Below, piece by piece: positions 19,366-26,903 of a stretch of 59,366 nucleotides of DNA. The notes beneath the pieces are model-generated. The model searched no databases. It was not told the origin of the DNA and was given only the letters and a program-made list of their open reading frames with translations. Made by a program: the position numbers and the translations under genes. Every line of letters begins with the position of its first letter. The first letter of the stretch is position 1. The stretch comes from a virus (Duplodnaviria > Caudoviricetes). The stretch spans positions 1 to 59,366 of IMG/VR virus record IMGVR_UViG_3300046779_001979; one strand, 5' to 3'.

Positions 19366-19930
19366 TTATTTTTTTTAATGGGTTTAAACTTATGTTACCG
19401 GCAAAAACTATTCTATCCATTTCAGAATTTTTGATGAGTTTTGGTGTATGTAATAAATCGGGTGGGAAAATAATAATATCTCCTTCTTCAGGTAAGAAAA
19501 GGTGTTCAATTCCATGTTCATCCATAAATGATATTTTACCTTCATCATTATCAATATTTTTAGGTACTTGAATATATAAACAAAATGTCCAATCTGTTTT
19601 AATCCTCTCATCACCTTCCAATAAATCGATGTGTGTGTGATAAATTTCTGCAGATGTGTTTGGATTCATTCTGTATATCCAGTTTTGTACCGCCCATTCT
19701 TTAACCTTCACATTTGATATTTTTGAACATTCAGATATAATCATATCATTTATCCAATCGAACTCATTACATCTAAATGACACATAAAAAAAATTATTCT
19801 TATCATTCGTATGTGTTTTATTTAATTTTATACTTTGATACGCCCTTTCTAATAAGTCGTTCTTTCTAAAGATAAAATCGTACCTCAATTTATATATTGA
19901 AAATTTATCACTTATAACAATCCTTTCCAT
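19346..19930 (-). CDS. Putative 2OG-Fe(II) oxygenase (HxH type)
   Basis: NWIY, YHTH, FCLYIQVP, PEEGDIIIFPPDLLHTP, RIVFAGN. Confidence 0.72.
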   Translation of the reverse strand: MERIVISDKFSIYKLRYDFIFRKNDLLERAYQSIKLNKTHTNDKNNFFYVSFRCNEFDWINDMIISECSKISNVKVKEWAVQNWIYRMNPNTSAEIYHTHIDLLEGDERIKTDWTFCLYIQVPKNIDNDEGKISFMDEHGIEHLFLPEEGDIIIFPPDLLHTPKLIKNSEMDRIVFAGNISLNPLKKINDKNIF

Positions 19931-20973
19931 TATATCAATTTTATCTCCCTTTTTATATGTTTAGAAACTATGTCGTGCATGTTATGAAATGAATTATATT
20001 TCTTATCTATCTTCATCAATTGTAATAAGAACATATTGAACATTGGGTGGTCTTCTTTGAATACTTCCTTCTCTTTAAACTCTTCGTTTGTGAACGTTCC
20101 CCAATTATCGATTCTTTTGAAATATATTCTTGCTTTGTTATTGAATATTTCTGACATTAGATTATAGAACTGTTCCATCTCCATAAAATTACTATCTTGT
20201 ACTATCATCGATATTCTTTTCTCACCTATAGGTAAGGTTGATATGAATTTTAAATTTTCAATCAACACGTCCCAATCACCACCTCTTCTAACCAACTCAT
20301 ATGTCTCCTTTGTTGCCGCATCGATACTAATCTCAATAATTCTTATCATTGAATGTATCTTACTCATCTTATTCCACATAGACTCATTCAATAATATTGC
20401 ATTTGTGTGTAAGTGAATATCATTAACATTGGGATATTTGGTTCTATCAAATTGTGTAAGTAACTTACGGAAAGACTTTGATGCAAATGGGTCTGCAGTA
20501 CCAGAAAGATATAAACCTTTTAATTTTTCTCCATATGAAGATTCAATCTCTTTTATGGTATAATCAATTTCACTAATTTCTTCTGAATTTGCCATTATTG
20601 GTTCCTTTCTACAGCTTGGGCATGAGAGGTTACAACTCCTATCAAACGAGTAGTTAATTATTTTTGGGTTACTGTAATCATTCTTAGCAAATTCATCTTT
20701 AGTGATGAAAAATCCTTTATCTACCGTTCCCTGATTAACTAACTCTGAAAGTACGGGACATAATTCTTCCACACAATGTGAATAGGAACCATCTAATATT
20801 GAATCTTGTACCTCTTTTAATGTGTCACTCTCCCAAACCGTTGAAACGTCTTTGATATCACTAAGTTTAGTTGGTAACCACGCAGGACAACAACTATAAA
20901 CACCCATATGGTGAACCTCCATATATTCAAAGGGTACTTTACATATATAATGTTTTCTTAAATCTAATTTCAT
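19930..20973 (-). CDS. Radical SAM protein with N-terminal SPASM/Twitch-like domain (subfamily A)
   Basis: CNLSCPSC, SGTADPF, HTNA, SIDAAT; N-terminal CKVPF, CCPAWL, GSYSHC...CP. Confidence 0.88.
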   Translation of the reverse strand: MKLDLRKHYICKVPFEYMEVHHMGVYSCCPAWLPTKLSDIKDVSTVWESDTLKEVQDSILDGSYSHCVEELCPVLSELVNQGTVDKGFFITKDEFAKNDYSNPKIINYSFDRSCNLSCPSCRKEPIMANSEEISEIDYTIKEIESSYGEKLKGLYLSGTADPFASKSFRKLLTQFDRTKYPNVNDIHLHTNAILLNESMWNKMSKIHSMIRIIEISIDAATKETYELVRRGGDWDVLIENLKFISTLPIGEKRISMIVQDSNFMEMEQFYNLMSEIFNNKARIYFKRIDNWGTFTNEEFKEKEVFKEDHPMFNMFLLQLMKIDKKYNSFHNMHDIVSKHIKREIKLI

Positions 20974-21731
20974 TAAATTAAAATTTTATTTTCAACACTT
21001 ATTATGTAATCCTTTGGTACAATTGGGTTATTGTATTTTAATGCACCACAATGATGTTTATAAGAATTACCTGTTGCACCTAAATGAGGTGTTAGATAAC
21101 TCCTTTTAAGATTTAAATGATTGGCACATAATGTAACCAAATATTGACCTCCAACCATTGTTGCAACGTCTACGTCAACCTCGTTTGTTTTCATAATTTC
21201 ATTTAAGAAATTATTGTATTTTTTCCATTGGTCAACGTAAAATTTTCTATCAGAATCGTTCTTAAAATATAATATACCACATGAGAAAACCTGTTTTCTT
21301 TTGTCACACCACACATCAATAACATTATCTATTCCTAATTTTGTAAATTGATTTATAACCGGTTCGTATTCATCTTTCCAATTTGCAACTTCATATGTAT
21401 CAAACATAACATCGTCATCCATTGGGGGTAATTTGGAGTGTAGGATAACATCTCCATCGATTAAAACAAAATCATCGTTCCTATCTTCACACGCCTTTAT
21501 TTTATAACAATCCCATTGTATTGAATTTTCATAATTGTCATATATATGAATCTCATCAACAATCTTTTCGAAATATTTTGCGGAAAATGAGTCGGTATAG
21601 ATAATACAATAATAACCAAACCGTTTTGCCGACTGAATTGATAGAATGTAATAGTTTATCAATATTCTTTTTCGTTCTTCGGTTTTGTTCCCAACCTTAG
21701 CCAATATATTATATGTCCATACTAATTTCAT
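20973..21731 (-). CDS. Putative GT-A-fold nucleotide-diphospho-sugar transferase
   Basis: IYTD, FVLIDGDVIL (DxD), SCGILYF, late His pair (YKHH). Confidence 0.5.
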   Translation of the reverse strand: MKLVWTYNILAKVGNKTEERKRILINYYILSIQSAKRFGYYCIIYTDSFSAKYFEKIVDEIHIYDNYENSIQWDCYKIKACEDRNDDFVLIDGDVILHSKLPPMDDDVMFDTYEVANWKDEYEPVINQFTKLGIDNVIDVWCDKRKQVFSCGILYFKNDSDRKFYVDQWKKYNNFLNEIMKTNEVDVDVATMVGGQYLVTLCANHLNLKRSYLTPHLGATGNSYKHHCGALKYNNPIVPKDYIISVENKILI

Positions 21732-22429
21732 AGAATTGTTTTTGATGGTGGTTTAACCGAATCGTAATGTACAATGGCATTAAAAAACGGTTGTAACTCA
21801 GTAAAATATAACGAAATTCCTGTTAAATTACAAGCCAATGATATAATAAGACTTTCAACCGCACCATTGAGATTTTTACCGTGTCTATCTTTGGGTTGTC
21901 TATCTATTGTTCTATTATTTATTGATTCCCAATTGAATATGAATTCTTTTCTTTTATTTTCATCTCGTATCTTTAAAACGAAAACATATTCATCAAAAAA
22001 TCCAATATTGGATTCATTTGCACCGCACTCAGTTAGTGCGATACCGTATTGATTTAAATCGTGAAATGGAGTGGAACTTTTTAATATTTGATTTATCGAA
22101 ATTCTATTTCCTCTGATAAATTGTAAACCACCAAACCACTTTACATATAAACCATCCTGAATGTTTTCAAATGAATTATGGTCTATGTTAGTTTTTAAAT
22201 CAATATCAGTATCAAAACAAATAACTGTATCGTGTTTTTTAAAGGCCTCAAGTATCGGTATTCTTTTTTTGTTAAAATTAAATTCAGTTTTGTCTATAAT
22301 AGTGTTTTCAGTTTTAAATTTCTCATCATCTGTTAAAACATAAAAATCTGAATTGATTTTACCAACCAATTTTTTACATTCATCGACGTGTTCTTTTCCG
22401 AACGCAATTGAACATACACCAACACTCAT
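21728..22429 (-). CDS. Putative GT-A-like transferase, paralogue of 40819-41550
   Basis: VGVCSIAFG, YVLTD, FNFNKK, CFDTD (DxD), EYVFVL, GAVES pattern shared with 40819-41550. Confidence 0.45.
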   Translation of the reverse strand: MSVGVCSIAFGKEHVDECKKLVGKINSDFYVLTDDEKFKTENTIIDKTEFNFNKKRIPILEAFKKHDTVICFDTDIDLKTNIDHNSFENIQDGLYVKWFGGLQFIRGNRISINQILKSSTPFHDLNQYGIALTECGANESNIGFFDEYVFVLKIRDENKRKEFIFNWESINNRTIDRQPKDRHGKNLNGAVESLIISLACNLTGISLYFTELQPFFNAIVHYDSVKPPSKTIL

Positions 22430-22434
22430 GTACT

Positions 22435-22992
22435 TTAAATTAAAGATGGTTTTGATAAGGATTTTACCTGTTCGTAGTTAACCCAAATTACTAATGAAAA
22501 TCTAACCCCACTTTCAACTATCGTAACCTCATGTAGAACCTCTGGTTTAAACATAATGACATTACCAATAGTTCTATCCATTACATTTGGTTCATTATCA
22601 ATTAAATAACGAAAATCCCCGCCAATATAATCATTGTTGTCACTTAATTGAGTGACAATACAGAAGAATCTTTTTTCACCTTCTATTGGTAAATCGTTAT
22701 GTAAAAAAATAAAATTACCTTTCTCGTATTTCAACACCCCCGCATCTAACTCATCGGCGGTGAATTCATATCCAAAATTCTTAATCGTATCGTTTAGTTT
22801 ATGATAATACGGTGAATCATTTTTTAGTTTAAAATAAGATGCTTTATTATATCTTTTATTTTGAACAACAATATCTTCCACCTCACCCAAACCTCTTTTA
22901 ACTAAGAGTTTTGCATCCATCCAATCACTAACATTATTTTTAATATTTTCACAATCCTCTTTGGTGAAAACAACACCTTCATAGTTTATCAT
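22435..22992 (-). CDS. 2OG-Fe(II) oxygenase (prolyl-4-hydroxylase-like)
   Basis: FTKEDC, KYEKG, LHND, QLS...YIGGDF, LHEVT, RFSLVIW. Confidence 0.85.
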   Translation of the reverse strand: MINYEGVVFTKEDCENIKNNVSDWMDAKLLVKRGLGEVEDIVVQNKRYNKASYFKLKNDSPYYHKLNDTIKNFGYEFTADELDAGVLKYEKGNFIFLHNDLPIEGEKRFFCIVTQLSDNNDYIGGDFRYLIDNEPNVMDRTIGNVIMFKPEVLHEVTIVESGVRFSLVIWVNYEQVKSLSKPSLI

Positions 22993-23627
22993 AGTATTGA
23001 ATTTTGAGTATATGGACTTTTATTTGTACCAATTTTTATTTGTTCCAATATCCAATTTGCCAAATCTAAATGACCCTTTTCGGAATAATGAAAATCAACC
23101 ACTTCTCCGTATGTTTCTTCGGTTATAGATTGGTATTCTGTATTGTTATGCCAAGTCCAATGGATAACTGTAGAATCAATCAACGCTCGATTGATTAGTT
23201 TAATCCAACTATCAATTTCCGTTAACCATAATTGATTCTCTCTATTTGTGAATACGTCTAAAATAGTTTCATCTTTAACACCATTCACATATGGTAAACC
23301 TTTAGCAACCCTTGAACTTCTAACGGGTAGTGCCGTTCTCCATTTTTGTGTTGCACTATCAACTAATCTAAACCTAACAGGTTCGCTCCAATTGATAATG
23401 ACTATGTCTTGATTGATTTCGTTTATATTATTACACAATGTTTGAAAAATTGTGTAATTATCCATACCATAACTTTCAGCAAAATTCTTAATGGGTAAAT
23501 TTAATTGTTCACCCAATATTTCATGGTAGGTTTTTGGTATGTACCCTTTCCAATCTGTGTAACTATTGTTATTGGAAAGGATACGTTTGTCGGTGAAACT
23601 ATCACCAAACACCCAAATATTTTTCAT
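22989..23627 (-). CDS. SGNH/GDSL-like hydrolase or acyltransferase
   Basis: WVFGDSFT, G.DN, VDFHYSEKGH (DxH). Confidence 0.72.
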   Translation of the reverse strand: MKNIWVFGDSFTDKRILSNNNSYTDWKGYIPKTYHEILGEQLNLPIKNFAESYGMDNYTIFQTLCNNINEINQDIVIINWSEPVRFRLVDSATQKWRTALPVRSSRVAKGLPYVNGVKDETILDVFTNRENQLWLTEIDSWIKLINRALIDSTVIHWTWHNNTEYQSITEETYGEVVDFHYSEKGHLDLANWILEQIKIGTNKSPYTQNSIL

Positions 23628-23636
23628 AACATTCTA

Positions 23637-23783
23637 TTAAGAGTGTGCGTTCTTCAAATATTGAATAAAATTACTCACAACAGTATTCACTTTTTGTTTT
23701 TTTGTTGTGTCAGTTAACAAAGTGAGTGTTCTCGTTTGTGATTGAACTAATGTTATCTGTTTGTATATTGTTTTCGATGCCAT
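23637..23783 (-). CDS. Unannotated 48-aa basic, Thr-rich peptide (MASKTIYKQITLVQSQTRTLTLLTDTTKKQKVNTVVSNFIQYLKNAHS)
   Basis: Translated by hand; ATG to TAA fills the gap between the Hint gene and the SGNH gene with 6-9 nt spacers. Confidence 0.7.
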   Translation of the reverse strand: MASKTIYKQITLVQSQTRTLTLLTDTTKKQKVNTVVSNFIQYLKNAHS

Positions 23784-23789
23784 AATGTA

Positions 23790-25682
23790 TTATTTGTTAT
23801 GTACTAATATGTTATTAGCGTAAAAGTTATGGTTGTCCGCCACGGTTATGATATATGTTTGTGTATCAACTTCCGGTAATTTTCGTAAACTATGTAAAAT
23901 TGTTGTCGTTCCATCATATAAATTCGCAACATCATCAGTTTCTAACGCCTTGATTGGTCTACCTAAATTATATCTTGTTATAGTTAATCCTGGATGATAA
24001 GATGCTAAGTTTAAACCATTCACATAAATTGGGTGGTCCTGTGTACATGTTAATTTTAAAAATACATCTTCTTCTCTTGGTTCAGTTGCTTTAATTAGAA
24101 CCTTATCAAATGTATACTCCACTAAATCATTGTGAATTGGTTGTTTGGTATCAATAACCTCTTTAGCCTCGATTTCGTTTGTGGTTTCGTTATATGACAT
24201 TACTTGGTCACCAATTTGAACATCTTCAATGTTTTTCTCACTACCATCCGCCATTTTTATCTTTGTTCCCGCCTTAAAACAACTACCAGAAATACCCAAG
24301 TTGTGAGTAATGTAGAATGTTAATAGATTACCATTACTTAAAATAAAGTTATCGACTTCTTCCATGTTCATATTATATATTGGTTGTTCTTCATCGTAGA
24401 TGTTTAAATTTATTTGACTAATTGGATTCAATCCATTTTGCCCAATAACCGAATAATTACTACTTAATTCTGACACTCTAACGTATTGTATTTTATCTTC
24501 TAATTGATTATAAACCAACATTCTTGCCTCACCTCCAATTACAATGTCGGAACCGTCTTGGAATACAATTTCAGTCATATCGTTGGCAAAAGTAGTTGCC
24601 TCAAATTTACCAACCAATACTGAAGATGTTAAATACGAACCTGAAGGTAATGTTGAACCAGTAACGTACCATTGTCTTAAAACATCATAATCATCCGTGT
24701 TAGGTGAACCCTCAACATAGTATGATTTATATGTGTTTCCTAATACAACATCTTTAACCTCCACTTCATTTCCATCAACATCTAAAATTGTCTCATTTTC
24801 TAAAAGTCCGTGGTTTGTATTTTTAATGGTATTTGTTGCATATTCATAGTAGTGTTTACTCTCAATTTGATTATCAATTCTACTATCATCATATGTGATT
24901 GATGTCGGTAAATCTAAAACCGAATCGATTTCATACTGAGCAACGTAACATAAATCTAAATTAGAACCATATACAATTTGGAAACTACGGATTGAACTTA
25001 CTGTTCCTTTTGTAATTTGTGATTGTGGGATATGGTATTGTTGTAAAATATTATCTGAGGTTGCAATTCTATCAATAAAACTTTCATATCTAACTAATGA
25101 CCCCGAATCGGAATTACCGATTTTATAGAATTTATGTGGTTGGTGTGCCTCCAATACAGTTTTAGTGACAATATCGGGTAAATTAGACCCATTAAATTGA
25201 TTTTGGTCTAATGTATTATAATATCCATAATATGAGGATGAATGATAGAAATTCGTAATTGATCCTGTGTCACTTTCATCCGCAAATAGTTTTAATAGAT
25301 TTAAAGTTCCTTTAGCATATTCAGAATCCAAAATCGCGGATTCATCATATGCAAATCGAATAATAAATTTACTAGGCGAATCTGTAGGTGACGTTGGGAA
25401 TATTGAATCTGCCGCCACTATATGTTCGGTAAATGAAGTAATAAAAGGTGCATTATTCGTTAACGCATCAGATAAACTTGAAATGATATCTTTTTGGATA
25501 TCATATTTGTAGACTACTTCAACTTCAGTAATATTATTTGCACTTAATACACTAATAAAGTCGGTCCAATCAAAAACCCACTTTTGTGACTCCAATATAC
25601 CTGTATCGGTGTTAATTTCAATTAGACGTAGATTGTCGTCCTTGTCTGTTACGAAATCCGCCGAAAAAAAAGTTCCTTTCAT
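23790..25682 (-). CDS. Permuted ATP-grasp-like domain + two tandem Hint (intein-like) domains
   Basis: SADFV...LIEINTDTG, PDIVTK, ILQQY, SIRSF. Degenerate Hint ~aa 292-461 ending ITHN; canonical Hint aa 468-629 CFKAGTKIKMADG...CTQDHP...HNFYANNILVHN-K. Confidence 0.8.
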   Translation of the reverse strand: MKGTFFSADFVTDKDDNLRLIEINTDTGILESQKWVFDWTDFISVLSANNITEVEVVYKYDIQKDIISSLSDALTNNAPFITSFTEHIVAADSIFPTSPTDSPSKFIIRFAYDESAILDSEYAKGTLNLLKLFADESDTGSITNFYHSSSYYGYYNTLDQNQFNGSNLPDIVTKTVLEAHQPHKFYKIGNSDSGSLVRYESFIDRIATSDNILQQYHIPQSQITKGTVSSIRSFQIVYGSNLDLCYVAQYEIDSVLDLPTSITYDDSRIDNQIESKHYYEYATNTIKNTNHGLLENETILDVDGNEVEVKDVVLGNTYKSYYVEGSPNTDDYDVLRQWYVTGSTLPSGSYLTSSVLVGKFEATTFANDMTEIVFQDGSDIVIGGEARMLVYNQLEDKIQYVRVSELSSNYSVIGQNGLNPISQINLNIYDEEQPIYNMNMEEVDNFILSNGNLLTFYITHNLGISGSCFKAGTKIKMADGSEKNIEDVQIGDQVMSYNETTNEIEAKEVIDTKQPIHNDLVEYTFDKVLIKATEPREEDVFLKLTCTQDHPIYVNGLNLASYHPGLTITRYNLGRPIKALETDDVANLYDGTTTILHSLRKLPEVDTQTYIITVADNHNFYANNILVHNK

Positions 25683-25703
25683 ATATAAAATATTTTACTA
25701 ACT

Positions 25704-25711
25704 ATAAATAC
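25704..25711 (-). promoter_or_regulatory. Conserved GTATTTAT motif (putative late promoter)
   Basis: 21 nt upstream of the ATG at 25682; same motif as before the fibre genes. Confidence 0.55.
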
Positions 25712-25740
25712 TTATTATCCCATTTAAGTTTAACATTATA

Positions 25741-25768
25741 AGTATACGAAATCCTAACGAATAATCAA
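25741..25768 (-). promoter_or_regulatory. Sigma70-like promoter upstream of the Hint operon
   Basis: TTGATT-N16-TATACT in the intergenic gap. Confidence 0.45.
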
Positions 25769-25771
25769 TTC

Positions 25772-25981
25772 TTAGTCTTTTTTGACCCCGTATTTTATCC
25801 ATCTATACCATATTCTTTCATGTAAAAAATAGATTAAAGGTTTAATTATTAACTCCCCTAAACCCACTATTCCGGCCCATTTTATGGGTAAACCGGCACA
25901 TACGGTTAATATTATCGTGGTTAAAGTACCCAAAATTCGATAACTAATACTTTTTACAATATGTCTCTTAATTTGAACCAT
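25772..25981 (-). CDS. DUF2061-like small membrane protein
   Basis: RHIVKSISYRILGT...K..IYFLHERIW pattern. Confidence 0.75.
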   Translation of the reverse strand: MVQIKRHIVKSISYRILGTLTTIILTVCAGLPIKWAGIVGLGELIIKPLIYFLHERIWYRWIKYGVKKD

Positions 25982-26312
25982 TTCTAATATTTGTTCCGCT
26001 TATTTTTGCAATATCTTCCGGTGGTTCGTGATATATCACATCATAACCAACCCCTCTACCGTAGTTTACTGATTCAATATCAGGTATAATACTAACCAAG
26101 ATTTTATCTAAATTCTTTTGGATAAACGGTTGTTCAATTATGTTCAACATAACTCTATGTGCGGTGTTAGGGTTGCTCTCATCAATTTCAACATCCCTAA
26201 TTGCAATCCACACATCCTTACCCTTATCTAATTGTTGACTAATCAACCATTCATGTCCCCTATGCCAATTTTGCCATCTCCCCGGAAACATTGCGTACTT
26301 TTTTTTACTCAT
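25968..26312 (-). CDS. Cytidylyltransferase-like (HxGH) nucleotidyltransferase
   Basis: GRWQNWHRGH, YGRGVGY, ISGTNIR. Confidence 0.75.
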   Translation of the reverse strand: MSKKKYAMFPGRWQNWHRGHEWLISQQLDKGKDVWIAIRDVEIDESNPNTAHRVMLNIIEQPFIQKNLDKILVSIIPDIESVNYGRGVGYDVIYHEPPEDIAKISGTNIRNGSN

Positions 26313-26746
26313 ATGTTTAATTTTTTTCTTAAATCTAAAAACGTATTATATTCACTACTATTTGTAGTGTCACAATCATAATAGTTATATAATGGTGGTT
26401 CATAGTTTGATACGTGGAAACTTTCCTTACCTCTTTCATTTGTGGTGTGGACGTAGATTTCTTTAATCTTTTCCCCCATATCTAATTTAAATTGTTCTCT
26501 TTGGTCTCTATATGGTGAAACCATTGCAACAATAACAGTAAAACCTTTGTGATGTAGGAATTTGGATAATATTTGAGCCTTTTCAATGTTCTTTTTTCTA
26601 CCCTCTTCAGAATAATCTTTATTTACAAAGATATCACGAATTTCATCACCATCAATTATGATGGATTTGTTTGGGTAGATTGATTGTATCCACGAAGCTA
26701 ATGTTGTTTTACCTGAACCAGGTTGACCGGTTAACCAATATATCAT
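26309..26746 (-). CDS. cysC: Adenylyl-sulfate (APS) kinase
   Basis: WLTGQPGSGKTT, IDGDEIR, YSEEGRKKN, VSPYRDQR, YEPP. Confidence 0.82.
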   Translation of the reverse strand: MIYWLTGQPGSGKTTLASWIQSIYPNKSIIIDGDEIRDIFVNKDYSEEGRKKNIEKAQILSKFLHHKGFTVIVAMVSPYRDQREQFKLDMGEKIKEIYVHTTNERGKESFHVSNYEPPLYNYYDCDTTNSSEYNTFLDLRKKLNI

Positions 26747-26752
26747 ACGAAT

Positions 26753-26781
26753 AATATACTAAAAAATGTTTGAAAAAACAA
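26753..26781 (-). promoter_or_regulatory. Sigma70-like promoter, near-leaderless
   Basis: TTGTTT-N17-TATATT, 6 nt before the ATG at 26746. Confidence 0.5.
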
Positions 26782-26784
26782 ATT

Positions 26785-26901
26785 TTAATGGTTGTAAATG
26801 AATGGGTCTCTTTTACGTAACTCTTCTAATTTTTTCTTAAATCTTTTCTTTCTCTTCCTTTCCTCAATAAGGTCAAGGAACCATTGTATTAGTCTTTTCA
26901 T
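26785..26901 (-). CDS. Unannotated 38-aa basic peptide (MKRLIQWFLDLIEERKRKKRFKKKLEELRKRDPFIYNH)
   Basis: Translated by hand; begins 2 nt after the carbamoyltransferase stop; PFIY tail. Confidence 0.7.
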   Translation of the reverse strand: MKRLIQWFLDLIEERKRKKRFKKKLEELRKRDPFIYNH

Positions 26902-26903
26902 AA

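Noticed and set aside
23790-24281. Hint2 as an ordinary selfish intein
   Set aside because: No homing endonuclease, the +1 residue is Lys rather than Cys/Ser/Thr, and there is only a one-residue C-extein, so canonical splicing is not expected.
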